A DNA stretch of 32,000 nt from Bacteroidota bacterium (GCA_003153315.1 PLYA01000027.1:55469-87468); one strand, 5' to 3'. Shown: positions 7,403 to 17,292, counted from the first letter of the stretch. The notes: generated by a model from the letters alone, not told the origin. Made by a program: numbers and translations.

Positions 7403-9139
7403 ATGCATTATAAGTTATATATCAAAAACCCCTCATCGCATTATCTGTATATAGATTTGGTAATTGATAAGATAGATAGCGATACACTTAGCCTACAATT
7501 ACCTGCATGGCGCCCAGGTAGATATGAGTTGGGTAACTTTGCCAAGAACATAAAAAAGCTTGATGCTTTTGATGCTGCCGGTAAACCACTTAGTTACAAA
7601 AAAACAAGCAAAGATTGCTGGCAAATAAATACACAGGGGCATACAGAAATTAAAGTTACCTATAGTTACTACGCCGCCGAACTAAATGCAGGTTCTACTT
7701 ATGTGGATGAAAACCAAATGTATGTAAACCCATGCAATTGCCTGATGTATGTGCCCACCAAGATGCGGGAAAAACATACAATTACTTTAGATATACCCGA
7801 TACCTATAAAATTGCCACCTCTTTACAAAAAGAAAACAAAATGCTTACAGCAGTTGGTTTTGATGAACTGGCTGATTCTCCTTTTATTGCAACCCAGCAT
7901 ATACATCAAGTAACATTTAATATTCAGCATTTAACATTTTATTTACATTTTGTTGGAGAATGTACCCCTGATGAAGAAAGATTGAAGAAAGATTTCTCAC
8001 GCTTTATTGCCGAGCAGATTGCATTCTTTAACGGAGCGCATTTTAAAGAGTATCATTTCTTATTTCAAATACTGCCTCAAAAGTTCCATCACGGGGTAGA
8101 GCATACACACAATACAGTTATAGCCTTTGGTCCCGGTTATCATTTAATGCATAACGAAGTGTATAATGAGTTCTTGGGTTTGTGTTGCCATGAGTTGTTT
8201 CATACCTGGAATATAAAGAGTATTCGCCCTGCCGAGATGTTTCCTTATGATTATACCAAAGAGAATTATGCCCGAACAGGTTTTGTGTATGAGGGTGTTA
8301 CTACTTATTACGGAGATAAATTATTGTTTACTTCAAACCTGTTTAATGAAGATGTTTATTTTAAGTCTTTTGAAGAACGTTTAACCAAACACCTGCATAG
8401 CTTTGGCAGGTATAATCTTTCGTTAGGCGATAGCAGTTTTGATAATTGGCTGGATGGTTACAACCCGGGGGCTCCTTACCGCAAAACAAATATTTATGAT
8501 GAAGGTTGTTTAATTGCTTTTATGCTGGATGTTTTAATAAGGAAACATACGGGCAACAAAAATAATTTGCAAACGGTGTTGAAGAACTTATATGATAACT
8601 TCTATAAGAAGCAAAAGGGCTATACCGAAGAAAATTTTACCAAAGCATGCTCTGAAGCTGCTAATTACGATTTACAGGATTTCTTTACCAAATATGTATA
8701 TGGCTTAGAGCCTTACGAACCCATGTTGCACGAATGCGCTGGTTATATAGGCATTGAGTTGCACAAACAACACGCAGTTACATTCTATGAAAGGCATTTA
8801 GGTTTAAAAGCAGCCGAAGTAAATCATCATAAAAAAGTAACGATGGTTGCTCCCTATTCTCCTGCATGGAAAGCAGGTATTTCTATAGGTGATGAAATTA
8901 TTGCTGCCAATGGTTTTATTTTAAAGAATGATTTTAACCAATGGTTAACACATTTTTCTCATAAAAGTGCAGATTGTCTGTTAAGCGTGATGCGTAATAA
9001 TCAACTGATACAAATAAACATTCCTCTAAAACAGGAAGGAGATTTTTTCTATACCTATAAATTGATTAAACAACAGTATCTTACAGCCATACAAAAAGAG
9101 AATTACAATTGCTGGAAAAAATCTTTTTCTAAAACTTAA
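7403..9139 (+). CDS. M61 family (glycyl aminopeptidase-like) metallopeptidase with C-terminal PDZ domain
   Basis: 578 aa. HELFHTWN is an HExxH zinc motif in an M61-like context. The PDZ-like segment is APYSPAWKAGISIGDEIIAANG. Confidence 0.85.
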   Translation: MHYKLYIKNPSSHYLYIDLVIDKIDSDTLSLQLPAWRPGRYELGNFAKNIKKLDAFDAAGKPLSYKKTSKDCWQINTQGHTEIKVTYSYYAAELNAGSTYVDENQMYVNPCNCLMYVPTKMREKHTITLDIPDTYKIATSLQKENKMLTAVGFDELADSPFIATQHIHQVTFNIQHLTFYLHFVGECTPDEERLKKDFSRFIAEQIAFFNGAHFKEYHFLFQILPQKFHHGVEHTHNTVIAFGPGYHLMHNEVYNEFLGLCCHELFHTWNIKSIRPAEMFPYDYTKENYARTGFVYEGVTTYYGDKLLFTSNLFNEDVYFKSFEERLTKHLHSFGRYNLSLGDSSFDNWLDGYNPGAPYRKTNIYDEGCLIAFMLDVLIRKHTGNKNNLQTVLKNLYDNFYKKQKGYTEENFTKACSEAANYDLQDFFTKYVYGLEPYEPMLHECAGYIGIELHKQHAVTFYERHLGLKAAEVNHHKKVTMVAPYSPAWKAGISIGDEIIAANGFILKNDFNQWLTHFSHKSADCLLSVMRNNQLIQINIPLKQEGDFFYTYKLIKQQYLTAIQKENYNCWKKSFSKT

Positions 9140-9833
9140 AACCAAGATTAACTTCAAACACACCGTAGGGATGAGTGTATTCTATATAGTTAGCAACACT
9201 TGTAGATTTTCTCATAAAGCCTAAGCCGGCTTTCATACCGAAAGTAATTGTCTCATTTGGATTAAACAAAAAACCACCAAACAATGCCCCAGAGTAGTTT
9301 GTACCAACTTGTGCACTTCCTTGTATTTGTTGCGCATAAGTGTATCCATTATTATATACATAGTTTGGTGTGTAATTCCAATAATTAAACCCACCTACAT
9401 TAAAGCCTACTCCTAAAAACGGAGAAGTTCTTCTTTGACCTAAAGGGTAATAGTGGTAATGAAGACCTGATTCAAAAATTCGATTCTGTGAAGCAATAAA
9501 TGTTCCATTGTTATTTCCTGGATATGGATTATTGTCAGGCTTACCACCAATACCAAAGGTAAAAGGAATATGAAATCCACTCTTTCCATCTTTACTAAAA
9601 AATTCATAGGATAAAGAAACATTGGTAAACACAAATTGAAAAATATTAATCTGAATTAAGCTACGCTTTTTAAACTCAAAAGGTTTTTCTTCCCTTGGTC
9701 TTTGCTCCCTGCCATACGGATTGTAATATGTATCATCCGTTGTCGGATTTTGTTTACCTCCTTGTTTAATTACCTGAGCGTTTGCATTAATTACTATGGT
9801 AATTAAACACAGTATGAAAAGTTTTTTAAGCAT
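9129..9833 (-). CDS. putative outer-membrane beta-barrel protein
   Basis: Signal peptide MLKKLFILCLITIVINANAQ, Gly/Asn/Tyr-rich alternating beta-strand pattern, C-terminal ...LGFKF. Its 3' end overlaps the convergent M61 gene by 11 nt. Confidence 0.6.
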   Translation of the reverse strand: MLKKLFILCLITIVINANAQVIKQGGKQNPTTDDTYYNPYGREQRPREEKPFEFKKRSLIQINIFQFVFTNVSLSYEFFSKDGKSGFHIPFTFGIGGKPDNNPYPGNNNGTFIASQNRIFESGLHYHYYPLGQRRTSPFLGVGFNVGGFNYWNYTPNYVYNNGYTYAQQIQGSAQVGTNYSGALFGGFLFNPNETITFGMKAGLGFMRKSTSVANYIEYTHPYGVFEVNLGFKF

Positions 9834-9865
9834 AAATTGTTTCTAAGGTTCGGCTAAGGTAATAA

Positions 9866-9902
9866 AAAAGCCCCAATCTTATGTATAAGAAATGGGGCTT
9901 TT
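9866..9902 (-). terminator. rho-independent, bidirectional-looking terminator downstream of dnaA
   Basis: A 10-bp stem, aaaagcccca (9866-9875) paired with tggggctttt (9893-9902), around a 17-nt loop. It is flanked by an A-run on one side and a T-run on the other, and begins 21 nt after the dnaA stop. Confidence 0.6.
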
Positions 9903-9922
9903 CGTTTACTAACCAAGAAAAC

Positions 9923-11353
9923 CTATGGAAGGCTTATCTTCTTTTCCAATTCATCTATATATAAACGGAAACGTTTATCTGTATCCATTAAGTTATTTAC
10001 TGTACGGCAAGCATGTAAAACCGTTGCGTGGTCTTTTCCACCACAATGCATACCAATAGTTGCTAAAGATGATTTAGTCATACTCTTTGAAAAATACATT
10101 GCAATCTGACGGGCTTGCACCACTTCACGTTTTCGGGTTTTAGATTTCATGGTATCAATTGGCAAGTCAAAATAATCGCAAACAACTTTCTGTATATAGT
10201 CAATGGAAACTTCACGTGCAGTAGTTTTCACAAACTTGTCAATCATTTGTTTGGCAAGTTCAAGCGTAATTAATTTTTTATTTAATGTAGATTGTGCAAG
10301 CAAAGAAGTTAAGGCGCCTTCCAATTCACGTACATTGCTGGTAATACTATAAGCCAAATACTCAACCACTTCTTTTGGCAAATCAATTCCTTCTGTATAA
10401 ACTTTCTTTTCTAAAATAGCAATACGTGTTTCTAATGCCGGTGGCTGCAAATCAGCTGATAAGCCCCATTTGAAGCGAGAAAGTAATCGTTGTTCAATAC
10501 CTTGTAAATCAACAGGGGGTCTGTCTGAAGTTAAAATAACCTGTTTACCAACCTGATGTAGGTGATTAAATACATGGAAGAAAACATCCTGTGTCTTTTC
10601 TTTATTTGCTAAAAACTGAACATCATCTATTATCAGGATATCAATCATCTGATAAAAGTTAACGAAATCATTTTGAGCGTTATTCTTAATGGCATCTACA
10701 AACTGACGGGAAAATATTTCCGACTGTACATATAATACGGTCTTGTTCGGGAAATTATTTTTACATTCAATACCTATAGCTTGTGCTAAGTGAGTTTTAC
10801 CTACACCGTTAGTACCATATATTAATAAAGGGTTAAATGCGGTTCCACCGGGTTTTTGTGCAACCGCAAATGCAGCAGAACGAGCCAAACGGTTACAATC
10901 TCCTTCGATAAAATTATCGAAAGAATATTTTGTGTTTAGCTGAGACTCTACAACTACCTTTTTTAATCCAGGAATGATGAAAGGATTCCTTATAGGATTA
11001 GTACTGATATCAATAGGCATTGATACTGGAGAATTCTTTATATCTCTGTTTAAAGAAGGTACCTTTATTGTAATAGGTCTTTCTCCTTTATGAGAATTTT
11101 CCATTACTATATTATACTCAATACGTCCATCAGTACCAAGTTCTTTGCGGGTAACTTTTTTAAGTAACGTTATATAATGTTCTTCCAACCAATCATAAAA
11201 AAATTGCGACGGTACTTGTATAGTTAAAACTTTATCGTGTAGTTTAATAGCCTTAATAGGTTCAAACCATGTTTTATAATTTTGCGGATTCACGTTGTCC
11301 TTTATAACACTGAGGCAATTGTTCCAAACAGATTCGGCTGTTTTTTTATCCAT
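9923..11353 (-). CDS. dnaA: chromosomal replication initiator protein DnaA
   Basis: Walker A GTNGVGKTHL, Walker B IIDDVQFL, sensor motifs, and C-terminal DnaA-box binding domain ...GGKDHATVLHACRTV. The ORF track starts at the TTG at 11359. I prefer the in-frame ATG at 11353 (MDKKTAESVWN). Confidence 0.95.
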   Translation of the reverse strand: MDKKTAESVWNNCLSVIKDNVNPQNYKTWFEPIKAIKLHDKVLTIQVPSQFFYDWLEEHYITLLKKVTRKELGTDGRIEYNIVMENSHKGERPITIKVPSLNRDIKNSPVSMPIDISTNPIRNPFIIPGLKKVVVESQLNTKYSFDNFIEGDCNRLARSAAFAVAQKPGGTAFNPLLIYGTNGVGKTHLAQAIGIECKNNFPNKTVLYVQSEIFSRQFVDAIKNNAQNDFVNFYQMIDILIIDDVQFLANKEKTQDVFFHVFNHLHQVGKQVILTSDRPPVDLQGIEQRLLSRFKWGLSADLQPPALETRIAILEKKVYTEGIDLPKEVVEYLAYSITSNVRELEGALTSLLAQSTLNKKLITLELAKQMIDKFVKTTAREVSIDYIQKVVCDYFDLPIDTMKSKTRKREVVQARQIAMYFSKSMTKSSLATIGMHCGGKDHATVLHACRTVNNLMDTDKRFRLYIDELEKKISLP

Positions 11354-11576
11354 GTTCAATTTCTTAATTTATTTTAAAGTGCGTATATATAATTCCTTAA
11401 CAATTTCTTTACATTAAATTCATTTGCAAAAATGATTTTATCTACAAACGAGCTAACAAATAAATACTAAAAAATCAGTAAAAAAAAATTTATTAGTACT
11501 TGTTTTTGTTATTTTTTCTTCTCGGGATATTTATTTAAAAAATATTTCTTCAATTCAATTTTTTTATTAAAAGAGG

Positions 11577-12473
11577 TTAATAGTCGTTTGTTTTCGTTTT
11601 TCTTCCTACCAAGTAAACACCTGCAATGATAAGGACTCCAGCCAGTACATTTAACACGCTAAGCTCGTCTTTATTTAATAGTAATGCAAATGTTATAGCT
11701 AAAAAAGGTTGCAAATAAATGTATGCGCTTACTGTTGAGGGACTTAAAGATTTTAAAGCGTAGGTATTTAAAAGGTATGCTAAAAAAGTTGTACCTATAA
11801 TTACAAATGATAAAGCAAACCACGCATGAAAGGTAAACAAGCTAAAATCAACTTGTTTCACATCACTTAATCCGAAAGGTAATACTAAAAAGAATCCGAA
11901 CAAAAATATCCATTTCATTACCGTTACGGTTTTATATTGTTGCATATATGGTTTAGCCATTACCACAAATACTGCCCACGAGCAGGCATTAATTAAAGTA
12001 AAACTATCACCTAAAGCAGTTTGGTTATTTATTTGAAAAGATTTTCCGCTGCTTAATAATAAGGTAAGAGCTCCGCCAATACCCAATGCCAATCCTATTA
12101 CTTTAAAGAAGGAGAACCTTTCTTTTAATACCAATAAAGTAAAGATAGTTACCACAATCGGATTTATGGTCATGATGATCGCAGAGTTTATAGGGCGCGA
12201 TAAATGCAGCCCATAAATAAAACAAAGTTGGTTGCAAGCCACACCAAATACTGCTAACACAACAAACTTTAATAAATGATATCCGTTTACTTTTTCTTTT
12301 GGAGTAAATAATGAGAGTAGCCAAAATAAAATACATGCTCCGCTAACACGCATTAGCACCAATCCGGCTGGGCCAATATAAGTCGGCATTAAATCTTTGG
12401 CTATACTATAATTAAGTGCGTAAATTATTTGTGCTAATAAAAGGAAGATATGGACTTTCCGGGTATCGTTCAT
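11577..12473 (-). CDS. DMT superfamily (EamA-like) transporter
   Basis: 298 aa with about 10 predicted TM helices arranged as two EamA-like halves. Confidence 0.85.
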   Translation of the reverse strand: MNDTRKVHIFLLLAQIIYALNYSIAKDLMPTYIGPAGLVLMRVSGACILFWLLSLFTPKEKVNGYHLLKFVVLAVFGVACNQLCFIYGLHLSRPINSAIIMTINPIVVTIFTLLVLKERFSFFKVIGLALGIGGALTLLLSSGKSFQINNQTALGDSFTLINACSWAVFVVMAKPYMQQYKTVTVMKWIFLFGFFLVLPFGLSDVKQVDFSLFTFHAWFALSFVIIGTTFLAYLLNTYALKSLSPSTVSAYIYLQPFLAITFALLLNKDELSVLNVLAGVLIIAGVYLVGRKTKTNDY

Positions 12474-12523
12474 AAACGGGATAAATGTATAAATTTAATT
12501 AGCGAAATTTGTGCGCACTTAAA

Positions 12524-13309
12524 ATGATTATCACCGACCAACTAAACAGAAAGATAGAATTTAATTTTCCACCCAAGAAAATTATATCGCTTGTACCTTC
12601 GCAAAGTGAATTACTCTGGGATTTAGGTTTGCAGCAAGAGTTAATCGGTATAACCAAATTTTGTGTTCATCCAAAAGAGATGTTTCATTCGGTAAAAAGA
12701 ATTGGCGGAACCAAAACAATTAAGTTAGATGAAATAGCGAAACTTAATCCTGATTTAATTATTGCCAACAAAGAAGAAAACCAGCAGGAACAAATTGAAG
12801 AACTCTGTAAATATTTTCCGGTATATATAAGTAACATCCTTACCATACAAGATGCTTTGCAAATGATTGAGCAGGTTGGCTTAATCTGTAACAGAGAACA
12901 TGCTGCTAAAGACATAGCTAAAAAGATAAATGAACAGTACCTGCTCTTTATTAATAAGAATAAAAGAAAAGAATTGAGAGTTGCATATCTCATCTGGAGA
13001 GAACCCTATATGGCAGCAGGCTCTGTTAACTTTATTAATGAGATGTTATCTGTTTCCCAATTAAAAAATGTATTTGCCAATCATGAAGGAAGATATCCCG
13101 AAATAAAGATAAAAGAGCTCCAAAAAGAAAATCCGGATTTGGTTCTGCTTTCTTCTGAGCCTTACCCTTTTAAAGAGAAACATATTAAAGAATTACAAAC
13201 CCACTTGCCTAATACTAGAATAATGTTGGTAAATGGGGAGATGTTTAGCTGGTATGGTTCTCGTTTACTTTATACTTTTAACTATTTCGAAACTTTGTTT
13301 CCTGTTTAA
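12524..13309 (+). CDS. helical-backbone metal/cobalamin receptor-like periplasmic-binding-fold protein (BtuF/TroA-like), no signal peptide
   Basis: IISLVPSQSELLWDLGL...GITKFC...DLIIANKEEN...LSSEPYPF matches class III substrate-binding folds. I prefer the ATG at 12524 over the track's TTG at 12509. Confidence 0.7.
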   Translation: MIITDQLNRKIEFNFPPKKIISLVPSQSELLWDLGLQQELIGITKFCVHPKEMFHSVKRIGGTKTIKLDEIAKLNPDLIIANKEENQQEQIEELCKYFPVYISNILTIQDALQMIEQVGLICNREHAAKDIAKKINEQYLLFINKNKRKELRVAYLIWREPYMAAGSVNFINEMLSVSQLKNVFANHEGRYPEIKIKELQKENPDLVLLSSEPYPFKEKHIKELQTHLPNTRIMLVNGEMFSWYGSRLLYTFNYFETLFPV

Positions 13310-13351
13310 GGTTTCAAAATTCCTTTACCTTCGCTAAAAAATATAAATAAT

Positions 13352-14599
13352 ATGGACTTCTCATCATATAAATATAGTGTAAGCGAACGCTTTTTACGCT
13401 ACGTAAAAATAGATACACAAAGCAATTCCGAATCATTAACCTATCCTTCTACCGAAAAGCAAAAGAATTTAGGCAAGCTCTTAGCGGATGAATTAAAAGC
13501 AATGGGCTTAAGTGATGCACATATGGATGAGTATTGCTATGTATATGCAACCTTACCTGCCAATACAACTAAAAAAGTACCCGTAATTTGTTTTTGCTCT
13601 CATATGGATACCTCACCCGATTGCAGCGGTGCTAATGTTAACCCCATAGTGCATAAAAATTATAAAGGCGGTGATATTATTTTACCTAACGACACTACAC
13701 AAATAATAAAGTATAGCGAACATACCAATTTGGCAAATCAACTTGGGAATGATATTATAACTACCGATGGCACTACCCTACTTGGGGCAGATAATAAAGC
13801 CGGTGTTGCCGAAATTATGGATGCTATGCAATTTCTTGTTAATCATCCTGAAATTAAACATGGAACTATTAAAGTGTTGTTTACTCCCGATGAAGAAATT
13901 GGAAGAGGTGTGGATAAAGTAAATATAAAAAAGCTAGGTGCAGATTTTGCTTACACTATGGATGGCGAAACATTGGGACATATAGAGAATGAAACATTTT
14001 CGGCTGATGGGGTTACGCTTACCATTAAAGGTTTTCCTACACACCCCGGGTTTGCGAAAGATAAAATGCAACATGCTATTAAAATTGCTGCAGAAATTAT
14101 TGCTCTCATCCCAAAAGATAAAACACCAGAGACGACCGATAAGAAACAACCTTTCATCCATCCAACAGCTATAAATGGAGGTTTAGAGCAAGTGCAGCTA
14201 AAATTTATCATTCGTGCGTTTGATACCCCTACGCTTCACAGTTTAGAAGCCGAACTAAAACACATAGCTCAACAAGTGGTTTCTAAATATAATAAGTGTT
14301 CATTCACTTTTGAAGTACAAGAGCAATACCGCAACTTTAAAGATGTGTTAGATAAGCATCCTCAAATAACAGAACACGCTGTTGAGGCTGTTAAGCGTTC
14401 AGGCGTTAAACCTGTGTTAAGCAGTATACGTGGTGGTACTGATGGTTCCCGACTTTCATTCATGGGTTTGCCCTGTCCGAATATATTTGCCGGAGAGCAT
14501 GCTTTTCATAGTAAACAAGAGTGGGTAAGCATACAAGATATGGAAAAGGCTGTGCAAACTATTGTGCATTTGGCTGCTATTTGGGAAGAGAGGGCTTAA
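13352..14599 (+). CDS. pepT: peptidase T (tripeptide aminopeptidase, M20B)
   Basis: 415 aa. Motifs: SERFLRYVKIDTQS, SHMDTSPD, GADNKAGVAEIM, TPDEEIGRG, GGTDGS. Confidence 0.92.
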   Translation: MDFSSYKYSVSERFLRYVKIDTQSNSESLTYPSTEKQKNLGKLLADELKAMGLSDAHMDEYCYVYATLPANTTKKVPVICFCSHMDTSPDCSGANVNPIVHKNYKGGDIILPNDTTQIIKYSEHTNLANQLGNDIITTDGTTLLGADNKAGVAEIMDAMQFLVNHPEIKHGTIKVLFTPDEEIGRGVDKVNIKKLGADFAYTMDGETLGHIENETFSADGVTLTIKGFPTHPGFAKDKMQHAIKIAAEIIALIPKDKTPETTDKKQPFIHPTAINGGLEQVQLKFIIRAFDTPTLHSLEAELKHIAQQVVSKYNKCSFTFEVQEQYRNFKDVLDKHPQITEHAVEAVKRSGVKPVLSSIRGGTDGSRLSFMGLPCPNIFAGEHAFHSKQEWVSIQDMEKAVQTIVHLAAIWEERA

Positions 14600-14700
14600 G
14601 AAATATTGAATTAAAATATTTCCTTAGATTATAAAAGGCATGCCAAGCTTTACTGATTACGGCAAAGACTTTCCTCTGCAATCCCTAATGGTTACATGGG

Positions 14701-14717
14701 TATTTTTGCTATTTTTG
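14701..14717 (+). promoter_or_regulatory. two tandem -7 boxes (TATTTTTG at 14701-14708 and 14710-14717) upstream of hpt
   Basis: Both match TAnnTTTG. They lie downstream of the track's ATG at 14696, and the second ends 8 nt upstream of the ATG at 14726. Confidence 0.45.
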
Positions 14718-14725
14718 CATCTCAT

Positions 14726-15259
14726 ATGAGTTTAGTTACCTTACACAATAAGCAATTTAAGCCCTACATACTGGCAGATGTTATCCACGAAAGAGTTTCT
14801 CAGGTTGCGGGCAACCTGAGTGCCGATTTAAAAAACTCTTTTCCGCTTTTTGTAGTAGTGCTTAACGGTTCTTTTATTTTTGCCGCAGATTTAGTTAAGA
14901 TGCTTAAATTCCCATGCGAGATAAGCTTTGTAAAACTTTCTTCTTACGAGGGCACGGGTAGCACAGGTAAGGTACATGAAATTATTGGCCTTACCGAAAC
15001 TACAGAAAACCGCACCGTAGTTATTATAGAAGATATAGTAGATACAGGCACTACCCTAGAAAAACTGCACGATTTGCTAAAACATAAAGGAGCCGAACAA
15101 ATAAAAACAGCTACCCTATTGTTTAAGCCCATGGCGTACAAAAAAACAATACCTGTTGATTATATTTGTATGGAAATACCTAACGATTTTGTGGTGGGCT
15201 ATGGCTTAGATTACAATGGTTTGGGTAGGAATCTAAAAGATATTTATGTATTAGCTTAA
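14726..15259 (+). CDS. hpt: hypoxanthine phosphoribosyltransferase
   Basis: PRPP-binding motif VVIIEDIVDTGTT and C-terminal VGYGLDYNG. I moved the start to the ATG at 14726 (MSLVTLHNKQF) because the promoter boxes sit between 14696 and 14726. Confidence 0.9.
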   Translation: MSLVTLHNKQFKPYILADVIHERVSQVAGNLSADLKNSFPLFVVVLNGSFIFAADLVKMLKFPCEISFVKLSSYEGTGSTGKVHEIIGLTETTENRTVVIIEDIVDTGTTLEKLHDLLKHKGAEQIKTATLLFKPMAYKKTIPVDYICMEIPNDFVVGYGLDYNGLGRNLKDIYVLA

Positions 15260-15315
15260 GAATATAATTTTTAAATTGCAATAGATTAAATAAGAATAAC
15301 AAAAAACCCATCATC

Positions 15316-16260
15316 ATGCTTAATATTGTTTTATTTGGCCCTCCGGGTGCAGGCAAAGGAACACAGTCAAAAAAATTATGCGAGGCTTATCATTTGATAC
15401 ACCTCTCTACCGGCGATTTATTGCGCGATGAAATTAGTCGTGTTACCGAACTGGGTATGCAGGCAAAATCGATTATGGATAAAGGAGAGCTGGTAAGCGA
15501 CGAGATTGTAATTGCCATGATTGATGCCAAGCTAAATGCCAATCCGCAAGCTAAAGGTTTTATTTTTGATGGCTTTCCGCGCACGCAGGCACAGGCACAA
15601 GCCTTAGATGAATTATTGGAGAAAAGAAATGCCCCCATCAGCATGATGATTGCCTTAGAGGTAAATGATGTTGAATTATTGCATCGCTTGCTTCTTCGCG
15701 GAGCAGAATCAGGTAGACCTGATGACAGAGATGAGAACGTTATACGACGCAGGATATTTAATTACAATAACCAAACAGCTCCATTAAAGAAGTATTACTC
15801 GCAACAAAACAAGTTCCATTCTGTTTACGGCATGGGGACGGTAGAAAACATCTTTGAATTACTATGCGCTACCATTGATAACAAAACACAGATTAAAAAA
15901 CCTTACCATGATGGTACTGTAACCATTGCCGATGTGAGTATGGAAGATGAACCTGCCAAACATTTAAGAGCCATTAAAGAAACTCCTAAAACAAACCTTG
16001 CTAAGAAAGCTATAGTTAAAAAGAAAGTGGCAGCTAAACCTGCAAAAAAGATAGCAAAGAAATCTGCTCCAAAAAAAGCAAAAGCTAAAACCAAACCTGT
16101 TAAAAAAGCAATAGCTAAAAAGGTTGTAAAGAAAGCCGCTGCAAAAAAAGTAGTTAAAAAAGCTGCTCTTAAAAAAGCAAAAAAAATTAAAAAAATAACT
16201 GCAAAAAAGAAAGTAGTAGCTAAAAAAACAACCAAAAAATCTTCTAAGAAGAGAAAATAA
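15316..16260 (+). CDS. adk: adenylate kinase (short-LID type) with a long C-terminal Lys/Ala-rich histone-H1-like extension
   Basis: P-loop GPPGAGKGTQ, STGDLLR, and FDGFPRT in the first ~190 aa. The same frame continues without a stop for about 120 more aa, the last ~90 being AKKAIVKKKVAAKPAKKIAKKSAPKKAKAKTKPVKKAIAKKVVKKAAAKKVVKK... Confidence 0.9.
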   Translation: MLNIVLFGPPGAGKGTQSKKLCEAYHLIHLSTGDLLRDEISRVTELGMQAKSIMDKGELVSDEIVIAMIDAKLNANPQAKGFIFDGFPRTQAQAQALDELLEKRNAPISMMIALEVNDVELLHRLLLRGAESGRPDDRDENVIRRRIFNYNNQTAPLKKYYSQQNKFHSVYGMGTVENIFELLCATIDNKTQIKKPYHDGTVTIADVSMEDEPAKHLRAIKETPKTNLAKKAIVKKKVAAKPAKKIAKKSAPKKAKAKTKPVKKAIAKKVVKKAAAKKVVKKAALKKAKKIKKITAKKKVVAKKTTKKSSKKRK

Positions 16261-16275
16261 AACTCCCTATTTCCA

Positions 16276-17292
16276 TTGGACAAAAACTTTATTGATTACG
16301 TAAAAGTATGCTGCCGTAGCGGCAAAGGTGGTGCCGGCTCTATTCATTTCCACAGAGATGTATTTACAGCTAAAGGAGGCCCTGATGGTGGTGATGGTGG
16401 TCGCGGTGGACATATTATACTGCGTGGAAATAAACAACTCTGGACATTACTTCACTTAAAATACCGTAAACATATTATTGCTTCCGAAGGACAGAATGGA
16501 GGAAGTGCCTTGCGCAGCGGTAAACAAGGTAAAGACGAAATACTGGAAGTGCCCTTAGGTACTATTGCCCGCGATGTAGAAACCGGTAAATTAGAATGTG
16601 AGATTACCGAAGACGGGCAGGAAATTATATTAGTGCGTGGTGGTAGAGGCGGACAAGGCAATCATCATTTTAAAGGCCCAACCCAACAAACTCCACACTT
16701 TGCACAACCCGGAGAGGATGGCAAAGATGAATGGAAGGTATTAGAACTAAAAGTGCTTGCAGATGTGGGTTTAGTAGGTTTCCCTAATGCAGGTAAATCA
16801 ACTTTATTGTCTGTTCTTAGTGCTGCAAAACCAGAAATTGCTAACTACCCATTTACAACGCTTGTGCCTAACTTAGGCATTGTAAAATACAGAGATTATA
16901 AATCATTCGTTATGGCTGATATCCCTGGTATTATTGAAGGGGCAAGTGAAGGCAAAGGGCTTGGTTTACGTTTCCTCAGACATATTGAAAGAAATTCTGC
17001 TTTGCTATTCTTAGTGCCAGCCGACGCGAAAGATATTGTGGATGAATATAAAATTCTACTGAACGAATTAAAGCTCTACAATCCCGAACTGCTTGATAAA
17101 CGAAGAGTTTTAGCCATATCCAAAGCAGATTTACTGGACGAAGAACTGGAAAATGAAATTAGCGCTGATATTAAGAAACGTTTAAAAGGAAAGAATCAGA
17201 TTGAATTTATGTTCTTCTCTTCTCATACCGAGAAAAATTTAGTACAGCTAAAAGATTTACTGTGGCGTAAAATGAACGAACACAGTTTCTAA
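16276..17292 (+). CDS. obg: GTPase Obg/CgtA
   Basis: Obg-fold glycine-rich N-terminus ([23 protein letters not shown]). GTPase motifs GFPNAGKST and DIPGIIEGA. The apparent start is TTG, 5 codons after the adk stop in the same frame. Confidence 0.93.
   Translation: MDKNFIDYVKVCCRSGKGGAGSIHFHRDVFTAKGGPDGGDGGRGGHIILRGNKQLWTLLHLKYRKHIIASEGQNGGSALRSGKQGKDEILEVPLGTIARDVETGKLECEITEDGQEIILVRGGRGGQGNHHFKGPTQQTPHFAQPGEDGKDEWKVLELKVLADVGLVGFPNAGKSTLLSVLSAAKPEIANYPFTTLVPNLGIVKYRDYKSFVMADIPGIIEGASEGKGLGLRFLRHIERNSALLFLVPADAKDIVDEYKILLNELKLYNPELLDKRRVLAISKADLLDEELENEISADIKKRLKGKNQIEFMFFSSHTEKNLVQLKDLLWRKMNEHSF

Noticed and set aside
9129-9139. 11-nt 3' overlap of the convergent M61 peptidase and OMP genes
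   Set aside because: Small convergent overlaps are common in compact genomes, and no additional structure was seen.
13909-13917. Perfect DnaA box TGTGGATAA
   Set aside because: It is a single copy inside the pepT coding sequence. One perfect 9-mer on either strand in 32 kb is expected by chance roughly 0.2-0.3 times under uniform composition, and there is no cluster around it.
16258-16278. adk stop and obg TTG start in the same frame, 5 codons apart, considered as a possible read-through or fusion
   Set aside because: The TAA stop is clear and Obg begins at its normal N-terminal motif. In-frame adjacency is a one-in-three coincidence, and nothing suggests recoding.
15903-16283. 126-aa minus-strand ORF rich in F/L/A, antisense to the adk tail
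   Set aside because: It is the reverse-complement shadow of the AAA/AAG/GCT-rich Lys/Ala tail (Lys codons read as Phe/Leu). It is low-complexity and has no independent support.
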